Below are positions 37,827 through 49,184 of a stretch of DNA of 64,000 bases, piece by piece. The DNA is from Mobula hypostoma. Lineage: Eukaryota. Location of the stretch: the NCBI RefSeq assembly GCF_963921235.1, contig NC_086097.1, positions 128,962,001-129,026,000 of the forward strand, given 5' to 3'. The notes beneath the pieces are model-generated. The model made no database searches. It was not told where the DNA came from and was given only the letters and a program-made list of their open reading frames with translations. The translations under genes and the position numbers were made by a program. Within the stretch, counting starts at the first letter, position 1. Each line of letters begins with the position of its first letter.

Positions 37827-39556
37827 ACAGTGATGAAATGTTTTGAGAGGTTGGTCATGACTAGACTGAACTCCTGCCACAGCAAGGACCTTGGCACATT
37901 GCGTTTTGCCTATTGCCACAATAGGCCAATGGCAGACGCAATCTCAGTGGCTCTCCACACAGCTTTAGACCACCTATACAACACAAACACCTATGTCAGG
38001 ATGTTGTTCATCTACTATAACTCAGCATTTAATACCATCACTCCTACAATCCTGATTAAGAAGTTGCAGAACCTGGGCCTCAGTACCTCCTTCTGCAATT
38101 GGATCCTCGACTTCCTAAATGGAAGACCTCAGTCTGTGTGGATTAGTAATAACATATCCTCCTCGCTGACTATCAACGCTGGCGCACCTCAGGGGTGTGT
38201 GCTTAGCCCACTGCTCTACTCTGTATATACACATGACTGTGTGGCTAGACATAGCTCAAATACCATCTATAAATTTGCTGATGATACAACCATTGTTGGT
38301 AGAATCTTAGGTGGTGACGAGAGGGCGTACAGGAGTGAGATATGCCAACTAGTGGAATGGTGCCACAGCAACAACCTGGCACTCAACGTCAGAAAGACAA
38401 AAGAGCTGATTGTGGACTTCTGGAAGGGTAAGACGAAGGAACACATACCAATCCTCATAGAGGGATCAGAAGTGGAGAGAGTGAGCAGCTTCAAGTTCCT
38501 GGGTGTCAAGATCTCTGAGGATCTAATCTGGTCCCAACATATTGATCAAGGACACGACCCACCCAGCCAACAAACTTTTCATCCCTCTCTCGGGGAGAAG
38601 GCTCAGGAGCTTGAAGACTCACATGGCCAGATTTAGGAACAGCAACTTTCCAACTGTGATAAGACTGCTGAACGGATCCTGACCCAGATCTGGGCCGTAC
38701 CCTCCAAATATCCGGACCTGCCTCTCGGTTTCTTTTGCACTATCTTACTTTCCCTTTTCTATTTTCTATTTACGATTTATAATTTAAATTTTTAATATTT
38801 ACTATCAATTTGTACTCCAGGGAACACGAAGCGCAGAATCAAATATCGGTGTGATGATTGCATGTTCTAGTATCAACTGTTTGGCGACAATAAAGTATAA
38901 AGTAAAGTTGATGTAGTCATAAAGAAGGCAACACAGTGACTATAATTCATTAGGAGCTTGAAGAGATTTGGCATGTCAACAAACACACTCGAAAACTTCT
39001 ATAGTTGTACTGTGGAGAGCATTCTGACAGGCTGCATCACTGTCTGGTATGGAGGGGCTACTGCACAGGACCAAAAGAAGCTGCAGAAGGTTGTAAATCT
39101 AGTCAGCCCCATCTTGGGCACTAGCCTACAAAGTACCCAGACATCTTAAGGGAGTGGTGTCTCAGAAAGGCAGCGTCCATTATTAAGGACCTCCAGCACC
39201 CAGGGCATGCCCTTTCTCACTGTTACCATCAGGTAGGAGGTACTGAAGCCTGAAGGCACACACTCAGCAATTCAGGAACAGCTTCTTCCCCTCTGCCATC
39301 TGATTCCTGAATGGACATTGAGGCTTTGGACACCTCCTCACTTTTTTTAATATACAGTATTTCTGTCTTTGCACATTTTTAAAATCTATCCGATATACGT
39401 AATTGATTTACTTGTTTATTTATTATTATGTTTTATTTCATTTATTATTATGATTTTTTTCTCTCTGCTGGATTTTGTATTGCATTGAACTGCTGCTGCT
39501 AAGTTAATAAATTTCACGTCACATGCTGGTGATAATAAACTTGATTCTGATTCTGA
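37827..39556 (+). mobile_element. Rex1/Babar RT fragment inserted in CR1
   Basis: [30 protein letters not shown]; closely similar to 18310-20177; gattctgattctga tail. Confidence 0.9.
38547..38907 (+). mobile_element. 3' end of a second Rex1-type family inserted in the Rex1 copy
   Basis: 5-bp duplication ttgat (38542-38546, 38908-38912); [21 protein letters not shown]; (TAAAG)-like tail. Confidence 0.75.
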
Positions 39557-40789
39557 CTTTGTGCCCATCTCCTGAGTAAATACAGATGCAAAAATATCTA
39601 TTCAACTTCTCCCCCCAGCTCTCTCAACTCCACACATAGATTACCACTCTGATCTTCCAGATGACCAATTTTGGCCCTTGCTATCCTTTTGCTCTTAATA
39701 TATCTGTAGAAGCTCCTTCACCTCATCTCCTTGCCTTCTTTTAGCCTTCCTGATTTCCATCTTAAATGTTCTCTTGCATTCCTTATACACCTCAAGTACC
39801 TAATTTGTTCCTACCTGCCTTTTTCTGCTACGTTCTTCCTTCTTTTTATTAACCAGGATCTCAATACCTCTCGAAAACCAAGGTTCCCTTAAACTGTTAT
39901 CCTTGCCTTTCATTCTGACAGGAACATACAGACTCCATACTCAGAAAATTTTACTTTTGAAGGCCTCCCATTTACCAAGTACGCCTTTGCTAGAAAACAA
40001 CCTGTCCCAATCCACACTTGCCAGATACTTTCTGATACCATCAAAATTGGCCTTTCTCCAATTTAGAATCTCAACCCAATGACCAGCACTGCCCTTTCCC
40101 ATAATTACCTTGAAACTAATGGCATTATGATCACTAGATACAAAGTATTCCCCTACACAAAACTCTGTCACCTGCCCTGTCTCATTCCCCAATAGATCTA
40201 GTATCACACTCTCTCTAGTTGGGACTTCTATGTACTGATCAAGGAAATTTTTCTGAATACATTTGACAAACTCTTTCCCATCCAATCCTATTACAGTATG
40301 GGAGTCCCAGTCAATTTGTGGAAAATTAAAATCACCTCCTATCAAAACCTTATGTTTCTTGTAACAGCCTGAAATCTCTCTACAAATTTCCTCTAAATCC
40401 TGCCAATTGTTGTCTGTCCTGTTTGAACACTGCTGCGATATTTTCACTGACTACTAATGCCACCCCTCCCCCTTTCATCCCTCTCACTCTAAGACAACAG
40501 AACCACATAACATTGAGTCCTGCCCCTTCTGCAAACAAGTCTCACTAATGGCTACAATATCATAATTCCACCTGCTGATCCATACTCCTTGTGTTGAAAC
40601 ATATACAGCTCAGAATATTAGTCCCGCCGTGCTCAACTTTTTGATTCCTGACTTAGTATGTAGGCTGAACAACATCATTCTCCACAGCCATTCCACTGTC
40701 TGTTCTGGCGCTCTGATTCCCAGCCCCCTGCAACTCTATTTTAAACCCCATCCTCAACCTTGGTGTAATCTACAAAGTTACGAACCCAC

Positions 40790-41490
40790 CCTTCCCCCTT
40801 TCTCATGCAAGTGATTTATAAAAATCACGAAGAGCAGGGTCCCAGAACAGATCCCTGTGGAACATCATTGGTCACCAAGCAGAATATACTTCATCTGCTT
40901 TCCACCTTCTGCCTTCTGTGGGCAAGCCAAATCTGAATCAACGCAGCCAAGTTTCCCAAAACCCCATGCTTCCTGACTCTCTGAATGAGCCTACCATACA
41001 CCTTATCAAATGCCTTACTAAAATCAATATACACCACATCCACTGCTCTGCCTTTATCAATATGTTTTGCCAGTTCCTCAAAGTATTCAATTAGGCTGAT
41101 GAAGCACGACCTGCAGCTCACAAACCAATGTTGACTATCCCTAATCAGACTTTGCGTTGCCAATTACTCGTAAATCTTGTGTCTGATCATTCTCTCCAAG
41201 AGTTTTCTCACCATTGACGTAAATCTCAATGGTCCATAATTCCCATACTTATCCCTATTACCTTTCATTAACAAAAAAATTGCATTTCATACCCTCCTAT
41301 CCTGTGATACCACTCCTGTAGTCAGCAAGGACACAAAGATCATCACCAAGGGTACTGCAATTTCTTCACTCACTTCCTGCAGTAACCTGGTAGATATTTT
41401 GTATAATCCTGAGGACTTTATCTATTCTAATGTTTTTCATAGGCTCCAACACATCCTCTTTCTTGATGTCGACATGTTCCAGCATATTAC
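40790..41490 (-). mobile_element. CR1 RT fragment
   Basis: SQHWFVSCRSCFISLIEYFEE..AVDVVYIDFSKAFDKV. Confidence 0.85.
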
Positions 41491-42134
41491 AAAGTAGAAT
41501 GCCTAGAAGATGTACTTTTAGAACAACTTGTGCTTGAACCCACTTGGGGAATGATGTGTAATTAACCAGATTTTATTAGGGAGCTTAAGGCAAAGGAATC
41601 CTTAGGTGTCAGTAATCATAATATGACAGAATTCACCCTGCAGGGGAGGGAGAAGCTAAATTTGGATGCATCACTTTACAGTGGAGTAAAGGGAATTATA
41701 AAGGGATGAGAGAGGAGCTGGCCAAAGTTGATCGGAAGGGAACACTGACAGATGCAGGAAGTTTCTGGGAGCAATTTTTAAGGTTGAGGATCGATACATT
41801 TCAAAGATGAAGAGGTATTCTAAAAGGCAAATGACACAACCGTGGCTGACAAGGGAAGTTAAAGACAGCCTAATGCAAAAGAGAAGTAATATGATATATT
41901 AAAAATTGGTGGGAAGTTAGAAGATTGGAAAGCTTTTAAAAATCAACAGAAGACAACTAAAAAGAAATAAGGAGAAAAAAGATGAAATGTGAAGAGGGAG
42001 CCAATAATACATAAGAGGATACCAAAGGTTTTCTCAGATATATAAAGAGTAAGATAAAGACAAGGGTGGATATCAGACTACTGGAAAATGACGCTGGAGA
42101 AGTAATAATGGAGGCAAAGAAATGGTGGATGGAA

Positions 42135-42705
42135 TTCCCATTCCCATTCTGAATCTCCCAGTGGCCACACATTTTAATTCCACGTCCCATTCCCATACTG
42201 ATATGTCTATCCACGGCCTCCTCTACTGTAAAATGAAGCACCTCATATTCTGTCTGGGTAGTCTCCAATCTGATGGCATGAAAATTGACTTCTCAAACTT
42301 CCGCTAATGCCCCACCTCCCCCTCGTACCCCATCCGTTATTTATTTATATACACACCACCTTTCTCTCACTCTCCTTTTTCTCCCTCTGTCCCTCTGAAT
42401 ATACCCCTTGCCCATCCTCTGGGATTTCCCCCCCCCCCCACCTTTTCTTTGTCCCTGGTCCTCCTGTCCCATGATCCTCTCATATCTCTTTTGCCAATCA
42501 CCTGTCCAGCTCTTGGCTCCATCCATCCCCCTCCTGTCTTCTCCTATCATTTTGGATCTCCCCCTCCCCCTCCCATTTTCAAATCTCTTACTAGCTCTTC
42601 TTTCAGTTCGTCCTGACGAAGGGTCTCGGCCCGAAACGTCAACTGTACCTCTTCCTAGAGATGCTGCCTGGCCTGTTGCATTCACCAGCAACTTTTATGT
42701 GTGTT
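42135..42705 (+). mobile_element. Penelope-like 3' fragment carrying the best-preserved hammerhead motif
   Basis: LPVATHFNSTSHSHTDMSIHGL..HLIFCLGSLQSDGMKIDFSNF. Confidence 0.88.
42610..42645 (+). ncRNA. Minimal type I hammerhead ribozyme-like motif of the Penelope terminus
   Basis: CTGACGA (42613-42619), stem II ggg/ccc, GAAA (42633-42636), CGTC. The first stem I pair is disrupted (aac instead of gac). Confidence 0.65.
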
Positions 42706-43741
42706 GATGAAATTAATAGGTATTTTGTGTGAGTCTTCACTGTGGAAGACACCAGCAATATGCCAGAAACTCAAGAGTGTCAGGTGGCAGGAGTGAGTGG
42801 AGTTGTTATTACTAAGGAGAAGGTGCTTGGGAAGCTGAAAGGTCGGAAGGTAGTTAAGTCACCTGGACCAGATGGACTACACCCCAGGGTTCAGAAAAAG
42901 GTAGCTGAAGAGATTGTGGAGGCATTAGTAATGATCTTTAAATTTACTAGAATCACTAGATTCTGGAAAGCTTCCAGGGGACTGAAAAATTACAAATGTC
43001 ACTCCACTCTTTAAGAAGAAGGGAGGCAGAAGAAAGGAAATTATAGGCCAGTTAGCCTGACTTCAGTGGTTGGGAAGATGTTGGAGTCCATTATCAAGGA
43101 TGAGGTTTCAGAGTGCTTGGTGTCACGATAAAAAATGACCAAAATCAGCATGGTTTCTTTCAGAGGAACTCTTGCCTGACAAATCTGTTGGAATTCTTTG
43201 AGAAAATAACAATCAGGATTGACAAAGGATAGTCAGTGGATTTTGCTCACTTAGATTTTCAGAAGGCCTTTGACAAGCTGCTTCACAAGATAAGAACCTG
43301 GGGTGTTACAGGGGAAAAAACTAGCATGGATAGAAAATCAGCTGACTGGCAGAAGGCTAAGAGTGGGATTACAGGAGACTTTTTCTAGTTAGCTGCCGTT
43401 AACTAGTGGTGTTCCACCAGGGTTGCTGTTGGAAACACTTATCACGTAATATGTCAATGATTTAGATAACGGAATTGATGATTTTCAGGGCACATTTGCA
43501 GATGATATGAGGATAGGTGGAGAGACAAGTAGTGTTGAGGAAGCAGAGAGTCTGGAGAAGGGCAGGCAGATTGGGAGAATGGGCAAAAAAGTGGCAGATG
43601 GAATGTATTGTAGGGAAGTGTTTGGTGATGCACTTTGGTAGAAGGAACAAAGGCGTATACTATTTTCTAAATGGGGAGAAAATTCAAAAATCAGAGGTGC
43701 AAAGGAACTTCGAAGTCCTCGTGCAGTTTTCCATAAAGGTT

Positions 43742-45091
43742 GACACACACAAAATGCTGGAGGAACTCAGCAAGTCAGGTAGGATCTATGGAAATGAATA
43801 GATAGTTGACATTTCGGGCCGAGGCCCTTCTTTAGGACTGAGACTGAAGTGTGAAGGTGCCAAAATACAAAGATGGGGGGGGGAGGAGGTGGAGGAAAGG
43901 CTACCTAGAAAGGTGATAGGTACAGGTGGGTGGGAAACATTAAGGGTTGGAGAAGAAGGAATCTGATACAAAAGAGAGTGGGCCATAGGAGAACGGGAAA
44001 GAGGAGGCGACCCGGGGGAAGTAAAAGGCAGGTGAGAAAAGGTAAAAACATCAGAGTAGGGAATAGAGGAAGGTTGGGGGGGGGGGTGTGGGTGGGCAGA
44101 ATTTGTTTACCAGAAGAAGAAATCGATATTCATGCTATTAGGTTGGGAGCTACCCAGACGGAATATAAGGTATTGCTCCTCACCTTGAGGGTGGCCTCCT
44201 CATGGACTGACAGGTCAGATCAAGAATGGGAATTGGAATTAAGATGTTTAGCCACCAGGGTGGCACACTTGTGGTGGATGGTGCGGAGGTGTTCGACGAA
44301 GTGGTCCCCCGATGCAGAGGAGGCCATATCGTGAGAACAATAAACGACACCAGCTGATTCACTGGTAAGGTGTTGCCTCACCTGGAAGGACTGCCTGCAG
44401 ATCTGAATGGAGGTGAGGGAGCAGGTGTGGCACGTAGGCTGACTGCAGGGTTAAGTGCCCGGGAAGGAGATCAATGGGGAGGGACGAATGGACAAGGGAA
44501 TTTTGGAGGGAGTGATCCCTGCGGAAAGCAGTTGGGGGTGAGGTAAAGATATGTTTAGTGGTGGGATCCCTTTGGATATGGTTAAACTTGTGGTGGATAA
44601 ACTGTTGGGTGCAGAGGATGATGGGGTGGTAGGTAAGGACAGGGGGAACTCTATCACTGTTAAAGCAGTGGGAAGATGGGATGAATGCTTGTAACGAGAA
44701 ATGGAGGAGATACAGGTGAGGAAATCATCAATAGCAGAGGGAGGGAGACCCTGTAATTTAAAGAAGGTGGACATCTTTGGTGCCCTGGAATGGAAAACTA
44801 TGTCCTGGGAACAGGTGCGGTGGAGGTGAAAAAACTGAGAAAAGGGAATAGTATTTTTACAGGAGATAGGGTGGGAAGAGATATGGTCAAGGTAACCATA
44901 GGAATCAACAGGTTTATAAAAGATGTTGGCTGACATTTTGTCTCCAGAGATGGAAAAGGAGAGATCGAGAACAGGGAAAGAGGTGTCAGAGATGGACCAA
45001 GTGAATTTAAGGGCAGGGTGGAAGCCAGAGGGAAAGTTGATAAACTGAACAAGCTCAGCACGGGTGCATGATGCAGTGCTATGTAATAATG
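43742..45091 (-). mobile_element. Penelope-like element fragment
   Basis: IFYKPVDSYGYLDHISSHPISCKNTIPFSQFFHLHRTCS; candidate 9-bp TSD ataaaggtt (43733-43741, 45092-45100). Confidence 0.85.
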
Positions 45092-45885
45092 ATAAAGGTT
45101 AATGGCTAAAGATTAATTTGCAGGTTGAGTCAGTGGTAAGGAAGGAAATTGCAATGTTAGCATTCACTTCAAGAGAACTAGAATATAAAAGCAAGAATGT
45201 AATGCTGAGGCTTTATAAGACATTGGTCAGTCTACATATGGAATATTGTGAGTAATTTTGGGCCCCTTATCTAAGAAAAACTGTGGTGGCATTGGCAAGG
45301 GTCCAGAGGAGGTTCACGTGAATGATTCTGGGATGAGAAGGTTAATGTATAAGGAATGCTTGATGGCTCAGGCCCTATACTCACTGGAGTTTAGAAGAAT
45401 GAAGGGAGATCTCACTGAAGCCTATCAAATATTGAAAGGCCTAGACAGAGTGGATATGGAGAGAATGTCTCCTATAGTGGAGGAGTCTAGGACCAAAAGG
45501 CACAGCCACAGAATAGAGGGAGACCCATTTAGAACAGAGATCAGAATGAATTTCTTTAGGCAGACGGTAGTATATCTGTGGAATTTATTGCCACAGCCAG
45601 CCATGAAGGCCAAGTCATTGAGTATATTTAAAATAGAGGTTGATAGGTTCTTGATTAGTCAGGCTGTCGAAAGTTAGAGGGAAAAGGCAGGTGAATGGGA
45701 TTGAGAGGGATAATAAATCAGCTATGATATAATGGTGGAGCAGACTCAATGGGCTGAATGGCTTAATTCTGCTCTTATGTCTTATGGTCTATGTTCCATA
45801 TCAGCCTGACCTATGCTGTCTTCACATTCGTCAAGTTCTCTCTCATTGGTGGATACTGAAGCAAAGTAATATTGTTATAAAACAT

Positions 45886-46505
45886 TTTATCTCAGCTCAG
45901 GCTGTTAAAACCTGAGGTACAGGGATAGTCAAGCATGCTCATTTCTCAATTGCTGGGAACTTTCAGACTCTTCCAGTGGTGTTTAGTATTATGGCTTTCT
46001 AAAAACTTATATAGATATTGCTGTGTAGCCTTATTTGTTTAACGGTACTGTGTGGTGTCTTTGAAATGATACCACTTGTAGATATTACTGTTGGGATAAT
46101 GTATACCCTGTTCATGTTCCAAAGTCTTTCAATTTCCTCTTTTAATTCAGCATTTTTCTGGTATTTTTCACTTGTTGATTTGGAATGGCTATATCTATTA
46201 AGTAAGTTGTTCTTGCTTGTTTATCCTGAATTATTATATCCGAATAGTTATTATGGTTTGTCCTATCTATAATAATGGATCAGTCATAATATAATATGTG
46301 GGATTCTGAATCTAAAACTGGACCAGGCTTGTATTTACAGTAAGGTATGAATTCTTTTATGAGTTTGTATTTTAAAGCAAGATTTTGGTGAATGATGTTT
46401 GCCACTTGATTGTGCTGTGTAAGTAATCATATTGAGTTAAACTGTTACAGGATCCTGTAATGTGTTGGACTGTTTCTGTTTTCCTCTTGACATTTTCTGC
46501 ATTTA
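45886..46505 (-). mobile_element. R4/Dong-clade non-LTR retrotransposon 3' fragment (CCHC knuckle and restriction-like endonuclease)
   Basis: Manual translation with frameshifts: KCRKCQE.ETVQHITGSC..(R)HNQVANIIHQ..LYYD*SIIIDRTNHNNYSDIIIQDKQARTTYLIDIAIP..KNAELKEEIERLW. Confidence 0.8.
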
Positions 46506-46729
46506 TTATTATTATTAAAATTTATTAAATACAAAAATGTATCTCACCAAACTCCTCCGTCTCCAACCACATATTCCAACTTCTACTTCTATTCAGTCCT
46601 ACACTCACTCGACATTTTGGGTCAAAAACACTGTACCAATCCTCTCACTGCACAGATCACTGCTTAACACACTGAGTTCCTCCAGCAAATTGCTTGTGCA
46701 AAATACTAAATCGATGTGGGATTAATATT

Positions 46730-47270
46730 GTATTGGAATTTGTTAAATCATTATCACATGTACAGAGGTACAGTGATACGTTTTGTTTTGCATGTCACCT
46801 ATGTAGATCATTTCAAAACAAAATCGCATTGAAGTAATACAAGGGAAAAACTAACATAATGCAGTATACGCTGTTGGGTACAAAGAACGTGTAGTGCAGA
46901 TTGACAATAACGTAGAAAGGCTACAATGAGGTCAAATTTTCATCTTCGCTATGCAAGGTCCATTCAAGAGTCTAACAGCACACAGTAGAAGCTATCCTTG
47001 AGGCTGTTGTGCATGTATGTTCAAGCTTTTGTACCCTCTGCTCGTTGGAAGAGTGAAGAAGTGAGAATGTCCAGGATAGGATTATATTGGCTGCTTTTCT
47101 AAGGCAGTGAGAGTCCATGGAGAAGAGATTGGTTTTCATGTCTGTGTCCACAACTTTCTACAATTTTTTTCGGTATCTTGGGCAGAGTAGTTGCCATACC
47201 TAACTGTGATATATCAGCATAGGATGCTTTCAATAGTGCATCTGTAAAAATTAGTGAGGATCTTTCTGAA
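46730..47270 (-). mobile_element. Rex1-type 3' fragment, degenerate
   Basis: Similar to 33410-34015. Confidence 0.65.
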
Positions 47271-48042
47271 GTCTGGGCTGCCAGTCGTCATTAAGGCAAG
47301 TTATCTTATTTTTCTTTGGCACCAGGATAATAGTATATTTCTTAAAGCAACTGGGAACCTCCAATTGACCAGAGACGGCCGAGAACACCATGCAGGTTTT
47401 CATATAAAGCAAATGGATTGTTCATGAACGAGTGAGTGCGAAGATGGAGCCTCAGTTCAACGTTTGATATGAAAGATAACTCTCTCAGCATATCCGCACC
47501 TCATCGGTTTCAGCCTAAGTGTTGCACTCAGCTCTCTGAAATCAACAATTAATGCACAATCTAGAAATTTAAATTTGAGGATGCAAACACCCATTGTCCT
47601 CACCACATTGGAACAGGTGACTAAAAGTCAGGTCAGAAAGATAAGTTTTTGCGAGCATCATGAAGGAAAGAAAAATGTGAGCCAAGATGGTTGAAGGAAT
47701 CTATAGTTCCAGGAGAAGGGCTGTATTTCAGTGGTTATCGACCTGGATCTGAACACAGTTGGGGGTGAAGCTGGACGTTTCAAATCAGAATTTCTTTGTC
47801 ATTATTACACTTCTAAGGTCAATGGCCATGTAGGGGAACATCAGGGCAATAAGCAAATTAAAAAATGCAGCTTATGATCCATCTAGATCAGGGACAAACT
47901 TTGGTTCACTCTGCTATACTGGTGTTAAACTACTGGCAGGAATCCAGGAGTTAAATTCTATTGGTGTCCAGAGGCTAATTTTATTTCAGGATCAAACTGT
48001 TGAACAAAATCATATACAGTACTGCATTAAAAGCAGAAATTA

Positions 48043-48680
48043 GGACTCCGCCTTCCGCCTGTGGACATGTAAAACACAGTTTCTTTATGTCCGCCTTTAA
48101 TTTCTCCCTTTTCCGACTCAAACTTTGAAATTTTAACTTTATTCAGTCGGATTTTGTAGAGTGACAGTTATAATTATGTCTAACACAAGAAGCACCAAAT
48201 GAAATCCTGAGGCAGCCAAAGGTAAGCCTAAAAAGTTGCCAAGACTTCGGAGGAGCCACCCTGGGTAAATAGATTAGAGTCTCCAATCAGCTATATCGTT
48301 ACTGGATTAACTGAACTGAAAGAAAGATTTCCCCCTTTGGAGGAAAAAATTGACTCTTTGAGCCTTGATCTTAAAGAGGTGAGTCGAAATGTGGGTGATA
48401 CTTCTTCCCCTCTGGAAAAGGCTCAACAATGGATCGTGGATTTGGAGGCTCGCTCTCGTCAGAACAATATTCGAATTGTTGGATTAAAAGAGAAATTGGA
48501 ATCCGCCAACACACTGGACTATTTTGCTAAAATGTTTCAATCTTTATTTCCAGAGGCTTGCGTGGAACTGCCGGAGATTGAAATGGCTCATAGGGTTGGT
48601 GCTCTAAAATCCTCGGATCAAAGTAAAAACAGGCATGTCGTTGTGAGTTTTCTTCGTTTCAGAGACAAAAAGCAGGAATT
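48043..48680 (+). mobile_element. L1-clade LINE 5' fragment (5' UTR and ORF1 RRM region)
   Basis: IVDLEARSRQNNIRIVGLKE..IEMAHRV..RHVVVSFLRFRDK, typical of L1 ORF1p; a stop follows soon after the ATG at 48177. Confidence 0.8.
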
Positions 48681-49184
48681 AAACAGAATGCTCAACATGA
48701 CACACAACAAATGCGGAGAGAGAAAATGTGAAGGGGTGTTGGCACAATTTAGAGGATAGGTTATTGGAGAGGTAAAAAAACAAAAGAATAATCCGGAAGA
48801 GGTGTAAATAGGAGTAACAGGATCACTTTCTGAAATTGCTAAATCAATATCTGAGTCTGAAGGCCAACAGTGATGAGATGTTTAATTAACTGTACTTGTT
48901 ATAAATGCACATCGAGTGTTGGTCTTTTATTTTTATTTTTATTCTTTTTATTTCTTTAAATTGGGTTCCTTTAGGTTTCTTGCTTTATGGCTACCTGTGA
49001 GCAAGCAAATCTCAAGGTTGTATAATTTATACATTCTTTTGTGATAAATGTACTTGAACTTGAAGTTTCCTTTGTTCAATTTATGGACAAATATGGTGCA
49101 CCTGGCCCAGGGAACATAATCATGCCCTCCCAGAAGAACTCTTCATGCTGTAAAACAAAAGGTTTTTCATCAAGACTGGAGATT

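Larger units (their letters stand above)
36221..40740 (-). mobile_element. Long CR1 LINE copy (APE endonuclease, RT and 3' tail), split by a Rex1 insertion
   Basis: VLIGGDFNFPQIDW..ILDLLGN..SSDHNAISF (endonuclease); WAEKWQMEFNADKC..LEYRVQFWSPNYRKD (RT C-terminus). Confidence 0.9.
41490..45790 (+). mobile_element. Long CR1 ORF2 copy interrupted by two Penelope insertions
   Basis: KSPGPDGLHPRV, WAKKWQMEC, LYSLEFRRMKGDLTEAYQILKGLD and CR1 3' tail. Confidence 0.88.

Noticed and set aside
37572..38636. 354-aa ORF, the longest in the window, as a gene
   Set aside because: Chance fusion of antisense CR1, Rex1 RT and an out-of-frame second insertion
46018..46272. Hydrophobic 84-aa plus-strand ORF as a membrane protein
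   Set aside because: Antisense reading of the R4/Dong fragment
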